64,000 nt of DNA from Adineta vaga (taxonomy: Eukaryota > Animalia > Rotifera). A program made the position numbers and the translations under genes. The stretch is from the NCBI GenBank assembly GCA_021613535.1, contig CP075495.1, forward strand, positions 2,976,001 to 3,040,000. Direction: 5' to 3'. Below the pieces are notes generated by a model that saw only the letters and a list, made by a program, of their open reading frames with translations, made no database searches and had not been told where the DNA came from. Below, piece by piece: positions 1 through 11,002 of the stretch (within the stretch, counting starts at the first letter, position 1; each line of letters starts with the position of its first letter).

Positions 1-859
1 AAAAACAATTTCTGTTAGCATATAATGCGAAAATAAAAGATACTACAGCGGCTGCTGATAAAGCAACTCGCGCTCAGAAAAGTCAGTTATTTATTTAAGG
101 AAATGTTTTTCACATATCAATTGTTTCTAGATGTGGCGGATACATATATTAAATTATCCAGTGGTTTAAATACTTTGTCAACAACTGATAAAAGTGATTT
201 AACCAAGTAAATCAAGAATTTTGGTTTTTTTTTCATTCAACTCATTTCTTTTCTCATAGATATTGTCTTCTCTTAGCAGATTTCTTTGAAAAAGCTCGAG
301 TAAGATTTTCATTTCGTTCTTGATATTCTGTAGTCTTTCTTTTTTTTTTGTTTTTAAAGAAATTAGAATCACGTATTCAATCAGATACTGATCTAAAATT
401 ATCCGATACATTACGTTATTATATGCGTGATTCGAAAGCTGCACTTGATTTAATGTATCGTCGTTCTCGTTGTTTGGCTGATTTTGAAACAGCTAATAAA
501 AATTTAGATCGTGCTCGAACAAAGAATAAAGATATTCCACAAGCTGAAACAGCACAACAAAATATAAAAACAAAATTTGAAACGATTTCTTCAAAAGCTA
601 AAGATGGTTTGATTAAAATAATTTGTTGATTGATGCAAAAAAAAAATCTTGAAAATTATTTTAGAATTGAATGATTTCAAAACACGACGAGTACAAATGT
701 TTCGAAAAAATTTAATCGAATTTACGGAATTACAAATTAAACATACGAAAGTATGATCATGTTTTGTTTTTCTTGAATTTTCATCTGTAAATTTCTATTG
801 TTTAGGCTCAGATTCAAATGATCAACGGTTTCATTCAACAATCTGACACTCTCGAATAG
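1..859 (+). CDS. SNX6: Sorting nexin 5/6-like, C-terminal BAR domain (5'-partial, multi-exon)
   Basis: Spliced exons give ...KLSDTLRYYMRDSKAALDLMYRRSRCLADFETANKNLDRARTKNKD...FKTRRVQMFRKNLIEFTELQIKH, the SNX5/6 BAR C-terminus; stop TAG at 857-859. Confidence 0.9.
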
Positions 860-1431
860 ATATTCAAATGTTCAGATGTGACGAATTATTAGCATTGAAG
901 AAAACCAAAATCTGTGATTTAATTGAAATTCTTTTCCTTATTTTTATCCCCCATGAGAATCAAAAATAGAAATATACTTTTCGTAATTTTTTTATTGGTA
1001 ATTTTTCTTTTCATCTTTTATTCATTCTTATCTAATTGTTAAACAGCATTTAATGAGATATTTATTGTATAAAACAAAATTTTGAAAAAAACCGAAAACA
1101 AATCTATGTGCAACTTTGTCATTATTGCTTTTGTGTGTTTTATAAAAGAATGTCATACTCTGTAAAGTATTAAACATTAAGAAAAAATCGTCAGTGAACA
1201 CAATTACACAGTGATTAGAAATCAATTGAGAGTGAGAGTGAAAATATATTCATATAATTGAATAGATGTCGCATATTGTTCATCCAGAAAATTTCCTATT
1301 GGATTAATCTGTATATCCATTGATATAATTCTTTTTCAGTTTTGTTGCTTGTTCTCTTCTTCACTCCATTTTTTTTGTCTTATTGTTGTTTATTCATATT
1401 TGTCAATGAACATTTGAAATAACTTGATAGA

Positions 1432-2211
1432 ATGAATCGAACTTTATTAGTTCATTCTAATACAACATTATCATCTGATTTACCACTTCATTCATTAAAT
1501 AGCAACGCTATGCAACAACAAAGACAACAACGTCGTCAAAATCATCGTGTATCATCATCAACATCATCGATAATTGATTCTCATTTAGTTAATCTATATG
1601 CACAATTAGCTTCAATTGAACAGCAACATGCAAATTCATCAACAACAACAATTGAATCAAATCGTTTGAAATCTTTACTTGAATCGTATCATTATAGTTG
1701 TTTACAATTGAAAGCACGATATAAAATTGAAGAAGAACGTATTGATCGTCGGTTTGATTTAGAAACACGTTGTACACGTGCACATTTTCAAGCAAAAAAA
1801 AGTGAATTAAAAGAACTCTTAATTGATCGTCTACGACGTAAACGTAAATTAGTTGTTGATGAAATGCGTTCAGCTATTGATATTCATTCACGTTCATTCG
1901 ATGCTGATCCATTACTTGTGACAATGCAACCACCTCATCCCTTACAAGCTAAAGCGTATAACTTTCGACAACGACCAGATATTGGACAACAAACACCAAC
2001 ATCATCATCGACAACAAATGATGATGAATTTTCAAGTTTATTAACAATGAATGCAATGGGTTCAAGTGGTATCTTATCACCCATTCCACCCCAACAAGCA
2101 GCACGCAAACGTCTTGTTGGAGCATTCAGTATATTTCAATTACCAAAATGGACAATTAAAGACGATGAATGTGAAGATGATTTAAGATTAATAACCAATA
2201 GTCGAAAATAA
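1432..2211 (+). CDS. Sds3/BRMS1-family protein (Sin3-HDAC subunit-like), intronless, lacking the C-terminal domain
   Basis: 259-aa ORF with coiled coil FQAKKSELKELLIDRLRRKRKLV, YNFRQRP and IKDDECEDDLRLI, resembling the Sds3-like Sin3-interaction region. Confidence 0.65.
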   Translation: MNRTLLVHSNTTLSSDLPLHSLNSNAMQQQRQQRRQNHRVSSSTSSIIDSHLVNLYAQLASIEQQHANSSTTTIESNRLKSLLESYHYSCLQLKARYKIEEERIDRRFDLETRCTRAHFQAKKSELKELLIDRLRRKRKLVVDEMRSAIDIHSRSFDADPLLVTMQPPHPLQAKAYNFRQRPDIGQQTPTSSSTTNDDEFSSLLTMNAMGSSGILSPIPPQQAARKRLVGAFSIFQLPKWTIKDDECEDDLRLITNSRK

Positions 2212-2432
2212 TTCCTTTTTTTGCCTGTTTGGGATATATTTCTAATATATATGTACATGTATAGATCGTTTAGAGAGGGAGAACCAACTTCGATGTGTTT
2301 GTTTCTTTTTGTAATATAACACTTTCTTTTTTTTTGTTTTTGTTTAGTGATTTGATAGTATTTTGGTTTATTCTAGATGCTAGTTTGAATTTATTTTTAA
2401 TCAGAAAAAAAGATCTTATAGACGTAGTTTTA

Positions 2433-3569
2433 ATGTGTTCAAATGAATCAGTAGAACAACAGATAGTTTCGACATCTTCATCAAAGAGAATATTAAATGG
2501 TAAAGTATCACTGAAGATGATCGAAAAACGTTTAAATTATTTACGAGAAGAATTAAGAAATTTAACAAAACGAGAAATACTTCACTCAACAAGTAATCTA
2601 CTTATGGAAGAAGAAAGTAATGATGATGATAATGAACATCATATGCAATATAGAAAACGTTTACATCAATTATCAAGATTATATGATAAACAAGTATGTA
2701 TAAAGTTTTGTTTTAAATAAAGATCATAGTATGTCTAAGACATGGATTATTATCTACTTCTTGTTTGTTTTTTTTGAATATTTTAGGTTAAAAATTTGAA
2801 TATGTGGCATTTTTATCGATTAGATACAATTGATCAAATGTATCGATATGAACTCCGACAATCGGATGTAACATTTCAAATGAAAAAGATCGATTTTAAA
2901 TCAAAATTAGTTGCGACATTGAACGATCAACGACGTTATTTAGATTTTGAACATCAGAATATTAATATTCGTTCTCGTAATTTTCCGAATACTGATCAAT
3001 ATCTACGCCATAGACTCAATGATATGAAGGATGGACTTTCACATCATTTAAACGAATCTGCAGAGCAATCACAACGTCCCGGATATAATCTCAGACGAGC
3101 AGTCATCACTGATATTTCTTCGGAAACATCTTCAACAACTTCATTACAAAATCTATCGATATTTAGTAGAAGTAATTCTCTCTTACCACCATTTGGTGGT
3201 ATTGAATTACAACGTTCTTTATCAACTACAGATATCGAACAGGATATAATAGATATTCAAAAAAGTCTTTGTTATAAGAAATTAAAAATCGCTAAGAATT
3301 CATTGCAAAATCAGATTGATGATACAATAACAAAATCTTCTATTGATGTTCGAATTGAAGATGGCCGTTTATGGTATAAACGTGCATGGTTTTCTCGTAA
3401 TACACCTATATTTTTAATCTTTGATGATCTTGAATATATTCCAGCACTTGTTTTAACTGTTGGTCGTAATGATTTACTTGTACGTCGTTCGGGAACTAAT
3501 ATTAAACATCGTATTAGCCTTGCACTTTTACATGATGAGCATTTAACTATTCGTAAACGAAATTTTTAA
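2433..3569 (+). CDS. SUDS3: SUDS3-like Sin3 histone deacetylase corepressor complex component (2 exons)
   Basis: ATG 2433, intron about 2694-2787; C-terminus VRIEDGRLWYKRAWF...LVRRSGTNIKHRISLALL...TIRKR matches the SUDS3 C-terminal domain pattern. Confidence 0.8.
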
Positions 3570-3641
3570 TTTCTAATTTGTTGTACAAATACTTCTTCTT
3601 TTCCTTACATAATTATTTAGTAAAAGAATGTTTATTTTAAG

Positions 3642-6600
3642 ATGACATCATCAAATCAATTATCACAAGATTTTGCCTTCTTTATTCATCATTCAGCTGA
3701 TTCTCGAACATTAACAACTCCAGATAATCTTGAACGAACATGTTCAATTTGTTTAAATCTCTTAACAACATTTCCATCAGCACGTGATGCAATTTTTGAT
3801 TATTTTAATTCATTAATTCGTGTTGGTGTACATTGTTTTATTCAAAATGTATCCTTAGTCGCAAGTAATGAACTTTTTCAATTCATTTTTAGAACATTTT
3901 TACTCAATTTCTATATTTTTTCTCATCATAGGTGTAAGTGATCTATTAACAATAATTGAAGCGAAATTAATATCATTAGCATCACAATCGGATAGTTGGG
4001 CAAATATACTTGCTCATGTAAGTTATTGTTCGGTTCATATGAAATATAGATTTGATTTTATAGTGGTCAATTGATCAATTATTCGATCTAACTGTACGGT
4101 TTGCTAATGAAACGAATATAAAAAAATGTGAAACATTGAATGATCGAATACAATTATGGACACAATGTCAAGCAGCAATGACATTGATTAAAATATGTTC
4201 AGCATGTATCATACATGAGTATGTTTGATTATTCTTCTAATAAATCAAAAGATTTTATTCACAAATCTTTCTTTTAGTACAACAGTAACAAATAATGCAT
4301 TGAATAAATATCTTGAAGCATCCATACTTAGTCGACCAGCATTTGATTGGGTTACTGTATCTTTAAGGTAGAGAATTCTTTGAGTTAAAATTTTATCTGA
4401 TTGAATGGTTTCTTTGTTGTTTTAGTTTACGATGTGGTCAAACTCTTATATTTCATTTGATACAACTTAGTTTACAAGAAGCAAATCAATTGCAAATTGT
4501 ACATGGTGTACGAAGTATCTATGCTGTTTGGTCATCACTTGAAATCATTGCTGAACAAGAACCTCAAGTATTTCATCAAGTTCTTATGAAACAAATTCAA
4601 GTAATTATATTGAATTTAACGGTGAATGATCACAATTTTTCTTTCATAGAATTTATTAGCAAGTGATGATATTAAAAAACATGTTTCTATTCTTCCCTTA
4701 ATACAAATGATTTCTGTTGTAACTACTGGACCATTATGTGATATTGTTTATTATTCTCTTTATCGATCTCTTAATGTCCTTAATCTTCGTCGTTTATGTT
4801 CATCAATACGACAAACAAAAACAATTAATATTGAAGAGTAAATTCATTGTTTTGTTTTGTTTTCTTTCAATTAATATTATTGTTCTTTGTAAGATTAACC
4901 AATGAATTTATTTCGGGATTGATGCGAGTTCGAACCGATGCATTTCATATCATTCAATTTATTCTTAGTTTTATTCATGAAGAAATTCCAGCAGGTAAAT
5001 CTTGTTTTCTTCTTTGTTCTCTCACTTTTTCAATTTGCTTTTTTTCTTCTTCAGATCAAGATGAAATTGAATTAACATTAAATCGTTGTTGTAAATATGT
5101 TCTTCAACAATTATGTCATGAATGTCATTGTAAATTTCGTTTACAAAAAGACAATCAAAAACCATCGATACCAATTTTATCTGCATTACGCCTTTCATTT
5201 GATCATCTTCTTGATCTTTTAAATTATACAAAACATTCCGAAAAATTTCAATTAATTCATGATTTATGTTTTAATATTGCACTTTATAATGGTGATGATA
5301 CAATCATTAAATATATTCAATATATATTCACAAAACGAACTTCAGTAAGATAAATTTTCGTTGTTTTTCTTTTCTATTCTATTCTATTCTAATTTAGCTT
5401 GATGTTCTACAAGATGTTCATCTTGAATTTGAATATTATCATCCAAATTGTTTTCATGATAGTCTTAATTCAATATTTGAACAAAATGATTCATCAAAAA
5501 TTACATTATGTCTGGAAAATCTGCTTCAATTGTTGCTTCTTGATGAACGTTCATTATCCAATAGGTTTGTTCATTTAATTTCTTGTTGATTTCACAATTG
5601 ATTCTTTTGTTTTTAGTCGTTCATTACAATCCATCATCTGGTCATTAATCGATCATTTCAGTCGATTTTTAAGTGAAAATTCAATTGATTACAATCTTAT
5701 TCTTCAAATCTTTCTTCAATTACGATCTTATCAAGTTCTTCCAACGTACGAACAAATTCTTCAACTTGCCTCTTCATTTACTGATATACATATGAAAATC
5801 ATCGAAGATAATAATGAAAAATTAATAGAAAATTTACTTCTTTGGCGTGATACTCTTTTGAATTTTATTCATTTTAATAATCATGATTTTCATTTGTTTA
5901 TAATCAATACATTGATCGATTTTATCGTACCAAAATTAAGTGTAAGAAAGATCAGTTCATCTTTGAAATATTCGTTCTATTTTTTCATTTAGCCTTTTGA
6001 CAAAATTGATGATACGAATGTCGTTCGTCGACCGATGGAGTATCAACTTCACTTTTCGAACAAAATCTTAGTATGAATATTATGAATTCGAATCGTGTTC
6101 CATCACGTTCATTTAAAAAGAATTTCAATAATGATCGATTGATCAAAATACCAAATCAAGTAAGAAATCAACAGAAATTTATTGTATAAGTCAAAATTTT
6201 CTTCATTAGTACATGGATCAATATATCATATTAATGACAGATGTATTCAATGATTTAATCTATAATATTAATTCACAAAAATCACAATTATTGACGAGTT
6301 TAGCAACATCGTTAGTTGATAATATTCTACCGGATTCAACAATTGATACACAATTTGATGATGAACAATACAAAGCACCCAATGAAAGGTAAGCAAAAAC
6401 TAAAACTCATGTGATATGAATTACATTAAGTCGATGTGTTTTAGAAATCTCGCATTGATTCGTCGTCTTGATGAACAACCATTTGTATGGATATTACTTG
6501 AAATAATTGCAACAGGTAAAACCTTCGATCATGTTTTGTATAAGACATTGCTTTTCTTTTGTTAGATAACAATGCATTTCAATTATGTATACCAATCGTT

Positions 6601-7053
6601 CGTTGTTTATTATGTGCTTTAATTGTTCAATGGGAGAATTTTCGTGGTGAAGATCGAGCAAAAACTTCTTTGAAACAATTAACACTTTCAACAAATTTAA
6701 TTCTTCTTCTTAAAAAAGTCAGTACATTTGTTTGCATATTTATTTTGATCAAAACATTCTTCTCTATTTCTTAGGCTCGTTATCTTCCAACACCATTGAA
6801 TGAAATCTATGAATTATTTCCATTTATCACAGCTTACGATTGTTTTACTCTTCTATTAAATATTTGGAATTATTTAAAACAAAATCAGCAAATATCTCAA
6901 ACAAGATTATTACCACAACAACAAATGATTGGTCGTGATTCACTCTATTTTGATCCAATTCGATTTGTTATACAGAAAAATATTGCAGATGTTGGACATA
7001 TCGCCGAACATTTTCTTCATTTACAATTACAAACAACTACGTCAAATTCATGA
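3642..7053 (+). CDS. INTS5: Integrator complex subunit 5 (multi-exon)
   Basis: N-terminal LLTTFPSARDAIFDYF; C-terminal EQPFVWILLEII, VRCLLCALIVQWE, LPTPLNEIYELFPFI...LLLNIWNYLK are INTS5-like motifs; many short GT-AG introns. Confidence 0.8.
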
Positions 7054-8971
7054 TTAAAAAAAACTTTCTTTTTTTCCCCTCTTTTCGTGTATTTCATATC
7101 AATTCCGGTGAACGAGTTCAATATAAGAATAAATAACTTCATGTCAGATAGAATAAATCATGGTTTTTCCTTACACAAAACTTTGGAATTCACTTCTTTT
7201 TTTTAATAATCATGATGCCTTTAGTTCTAATTAAAATGCACTCACATAAAAGCCTGAGATTGGTGAAGAGATATGAAACATTAAGGTCACGTATGTGTCA
7301 TATCTGTCGAAGTAAACGCATCATGTTGAATAGAATGAAGAGCAAAAGAAAAAGAAAAAAAACTTTAATCACATATGACAATTTAGACAGGTTATCAAAA
7401 ACTATTCAATTTCTCTTTTTTTGGCTTGTTATTTGTACAATCAACAAGTATTTAGCACTGTTACGTCTAATGACAAAGCGAGTGTTGCATCCAACTGTCG
7501 TTTACTTGTCATTATTATGAAGATGTACTTCGAGGTCAGTAGACGAATTGAGAAATGATAGTATGAAACAAATCGAAGGACTTTGAATATTCTTTATACA
7601 ATAGATTTTTTTATACTTTGGTATATTAAACAAGGACAAAGTGAGTTTTTTTCACCTTGTTTTATATAAATAATTGGTATAAATAGCAACTAAGGGAACA
7701 TTTGGAAAATTCATTCATGTTTTTCTCATTAACATAACATAATGTCTACTATTTTCTATTCAATGTACTGAATAATACTATGGAGAAGATGAGATACAAC
7801 CAAATATTTATTATCATCAAGAATTGTTCAATACTATTTTTAGGTAAGTTATTTTTTCTCTCTAGGAAACGACTTTTTTTGTGAGAGCCGGAAGCATTTT
7901 TCCTCTTTTCTTAATTTGCATAACAAAACTAATGACATCTGTACTGGATTTCTAATGATTGGCTATTATTTCTATCTACTCGAACGATGTCTCAGATTAC
8001 ACATCAATCAATCAACCGCATGCATTGCCTTCACCATAAATATCTGAATGCTATATAAACAAGATTATACTCGATTAGAAATTTTAAACCTAGCTTACGT
8101 TTTTCTTCTCTCTTCTAAAGGATATTCAAATCCTACAGATCAATCAGAAGATTTCGAATCTTTCTTCTTGTTTTACATCTGTTCATAATAATAAACATGA
8201 CGATGTAAGACATCTGTCAACATTCACTGACTATCTCACCCGTCTATCTAATCTATTTACTCGACTCATACTGTCACTAAATAACACAAATATATGTCCA
8301 ACAATATGCTTCATCATCAGCCTTCAACTACCTTATGATTGTAAGTAATACGAACGATTTATATAGATATCCTTACTACTCTTCGAGTTGAAGGTTTTCT
8401 TCTTCGTAGGAAAAAAAATGAGTTTAACAAACACACTTTTAGTACAATATAGACAAAAAAAATACTTTCATAAACGATATGTTAATATCTATCGAGTAGG
8501 GAGCCATGCTTTATGTAATTGAAAAACGCATCTTGAATAGAAACTATAGCTGTTCATAAATAACTAGCGACATAGTGATAAATATTTAAATCATCTATCA
8601 TATTCGAGAACATAAATATAGAAATTCGTTCATTGTCAAACAAAAAAACTATACAAATCCCCTAGAGATTCGAAAAAATTGACTCTAATTTCCTCTCTAG
8701 TTTCCTTACTAGAAAACTAAAAGTGACGTAGTTTTCGCGTTTTACACAATTTTTCCAATCACATATTTCGTTATTGATCAAAATGTAGAAGAAAGAAATT
8801 ATCATAAATATTGTATTCATTTAATTCAGGCAATTATATAACTGCAGAGAGAGAATAGAAAAAGAAATTTTTCTATGTTAATCCCTCGATATTTCTCTTT
8901 TGTTTTCTTGTGTTCTATAGTTTTCAATTTCATATCTTCAATGTATTCATGGAACACTTTAGATTATACTT

Positions 8972-10884
8972 ATGTTTCGATCATGGGCAAGATATTCATC
9001 AATTTCTAATCGATTAATACATACCGTGACAAGACAAGAAAATGAAGGCAAAAAGAAAGTTATTGTATTGGGCGCTGGATGGTAAGTTTTAATTTCTTCA
9101 ATAACAAAATGTAATTTTTATTGAATAGGGGTGGTTTTCAATTTGTTCGTTATCTAAATCGAAGTAAATACGATGTTACGTTGGTAAGTAGATTTTTTTT
9201 CTCAACTATGATGATTCTAGTCAGAAGTGGGAGGAAAAAACCTCGAAGATCTTTTATCTTATATAATACCGTTTAAAGCAAGGTCAGTTATTCAACTTGC
9301 TAATCATAAAAAAAGAATTCTCACACTAATGAACAAATATCTTCTCCATGAATAATTTTCTTCGGAAATTTTCTTCTTCCTTTTTCTTTTTTCTTTCTCT
9401 CTCATATACATTGATGTCGAACATCAAAAGATTGACTGATTACTTTAAAGATGTCTTTAATGTTGATAGGTTTCACCACGTAATCATTTTCTTTTTACGC
9501 CTTTATTACCATCAACAACGGTTGGTACATTAGAATTTCGCTGTATTATTGAACCAGTTCGAACACTTTCAAATTTATATTATTATCAAGCACATTGTGA
9601 TGAAATTAATTTACAAACAAATGAAATTCATTGTCGAGATTTTTTTCATACGAAGAAAGAATTTACACTTAATTTCGATTATTTAATTTGTTGTCACGGA
9701 GCAAACTCGAATACATTTCATGTTCCTGGTGTTGAACAGCATGCATTCTTTCTCAAACAACTCTCCGATGCACGTGCAATACGCAATCGTCTGATGGAAT
9801 TATTCGAACGTGCATCAAATCGATTTATCTCTGAAGAAGAACGAAAAGCATTGACAACATTTGTTATTGTTGGCGGTGGACCAACTTCAATTGAATTCAG
9901 TGGAGAACTACATGATTTTATCGTTGAAGATGTAGCAAAATGGTTCCCCGATGTCAAAACACGTGTCATTGTAGTCGAAAGTACTGATCATATTTTAGGA
10001 ACATTTGATTCTAAATTAACAGATTATGCGATGAATATATTAAAATCACGTTCAGAAATTACTTTGAAAACAAATACACATGTAAAACGTGTTGGAGAAA
10101 ATGAAGTTTTACTTAGTAATGGTGAAGTTATTCCATGTGGAATCACAGTATGGAGTACTGGTAAGAAATGGAAAAAAGTATTTCAATGTCGTTAATGTAC
10201 TTGAAAAAAAAGATAAAAGGATTGAAGAAGAAATGTAACTTGCTGATGAATGTCACTTATTGTAATGTTACTAAGAACCATTTCATATATTCACATATTT
10301 TTAGGTCTTTCTCCAAATGAATTAACTTCAACCTTATCATTCTCGAAAGAAAAACGTTCTGGACGAATTTATACAAATGAACATCTTCAAGTTTTACGCG
10401 ATGATCAATCTATAATTCCAAATATCTTCGCTCTTGGTGATTGTTCTACACCGATGAACCAGGCAATTCCTGCGACTGCACAAGCTGCAGTACAACAAGC
10501 AAAATATCTTGCGAAAAGATTTAATAAAAAAGAAATCGATAACCAGACATATCCTGCATTTAATTTTAATAATTTGGGTATGTTAGCTTATTTAGGTGGA
10601 TACGGTGGTTTAGCCGATTTGAAACAAACGAAAACAGCAGGTTTCTTATCATGGTTATTATGGCGATCAGTTTATTTGACACGATTAGTTAGTTTTAAGA
10701 ATCGATTACTCGTGTAAGTAAATACATCGATTATAGTTCGTTCATTTTAATGAAATTTATTGATTTATTTTAGAGCTATGTTTTGGTTCAAATCTTTCGT
10801 ATGTATATGATAGACTATTGAATATAAATATGAATATGTTTTTGTTGTTTCTAGATATTCGGTCGTGATATTAGTCGATTTTAG
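8972..10884 (+). CDS. Type II (alternative, rotenone-insensitive) NADH:ubiquinone oxidoreductase, NDA/NDE-like, 6 exons
   Basis: Arg/Ser-rich presequence MFRSWARYSS; VIVLGAGWGG; VSPRNHFLFTPLLPSTTVGTLEFR; second Rossmann motif VIVGGGPTSIEFSGEL; quinone motif AQAAVQQ; ends FGRDISRF*. Confidence 0.93.
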
Positions 10885-11002
10885 AGAGAGAGAGAAAAAT
10901 AGTTTTTGTAGTCTCACTATAAACCTGCTCGATATTTAAAATAAATCGAATTCTTCTCCATTTTAGATTAATTAATCTCGGTATTATTATGTTACTTGAA
11001 AG

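Noticed and set aside
3849-3857. GTATCCTTA, a U12-like donor in INTS5
   Set aside because: Phase is incompatible with the acceptor; GTAATG at 3865 fits.
9184-9470. Possible C/D snoRNA in the long NDH-2 intron (ATGATGA ... CTGA)
   Set aside because: Boxes are about 230 nt apart with no terminal stem or recognisable guide.
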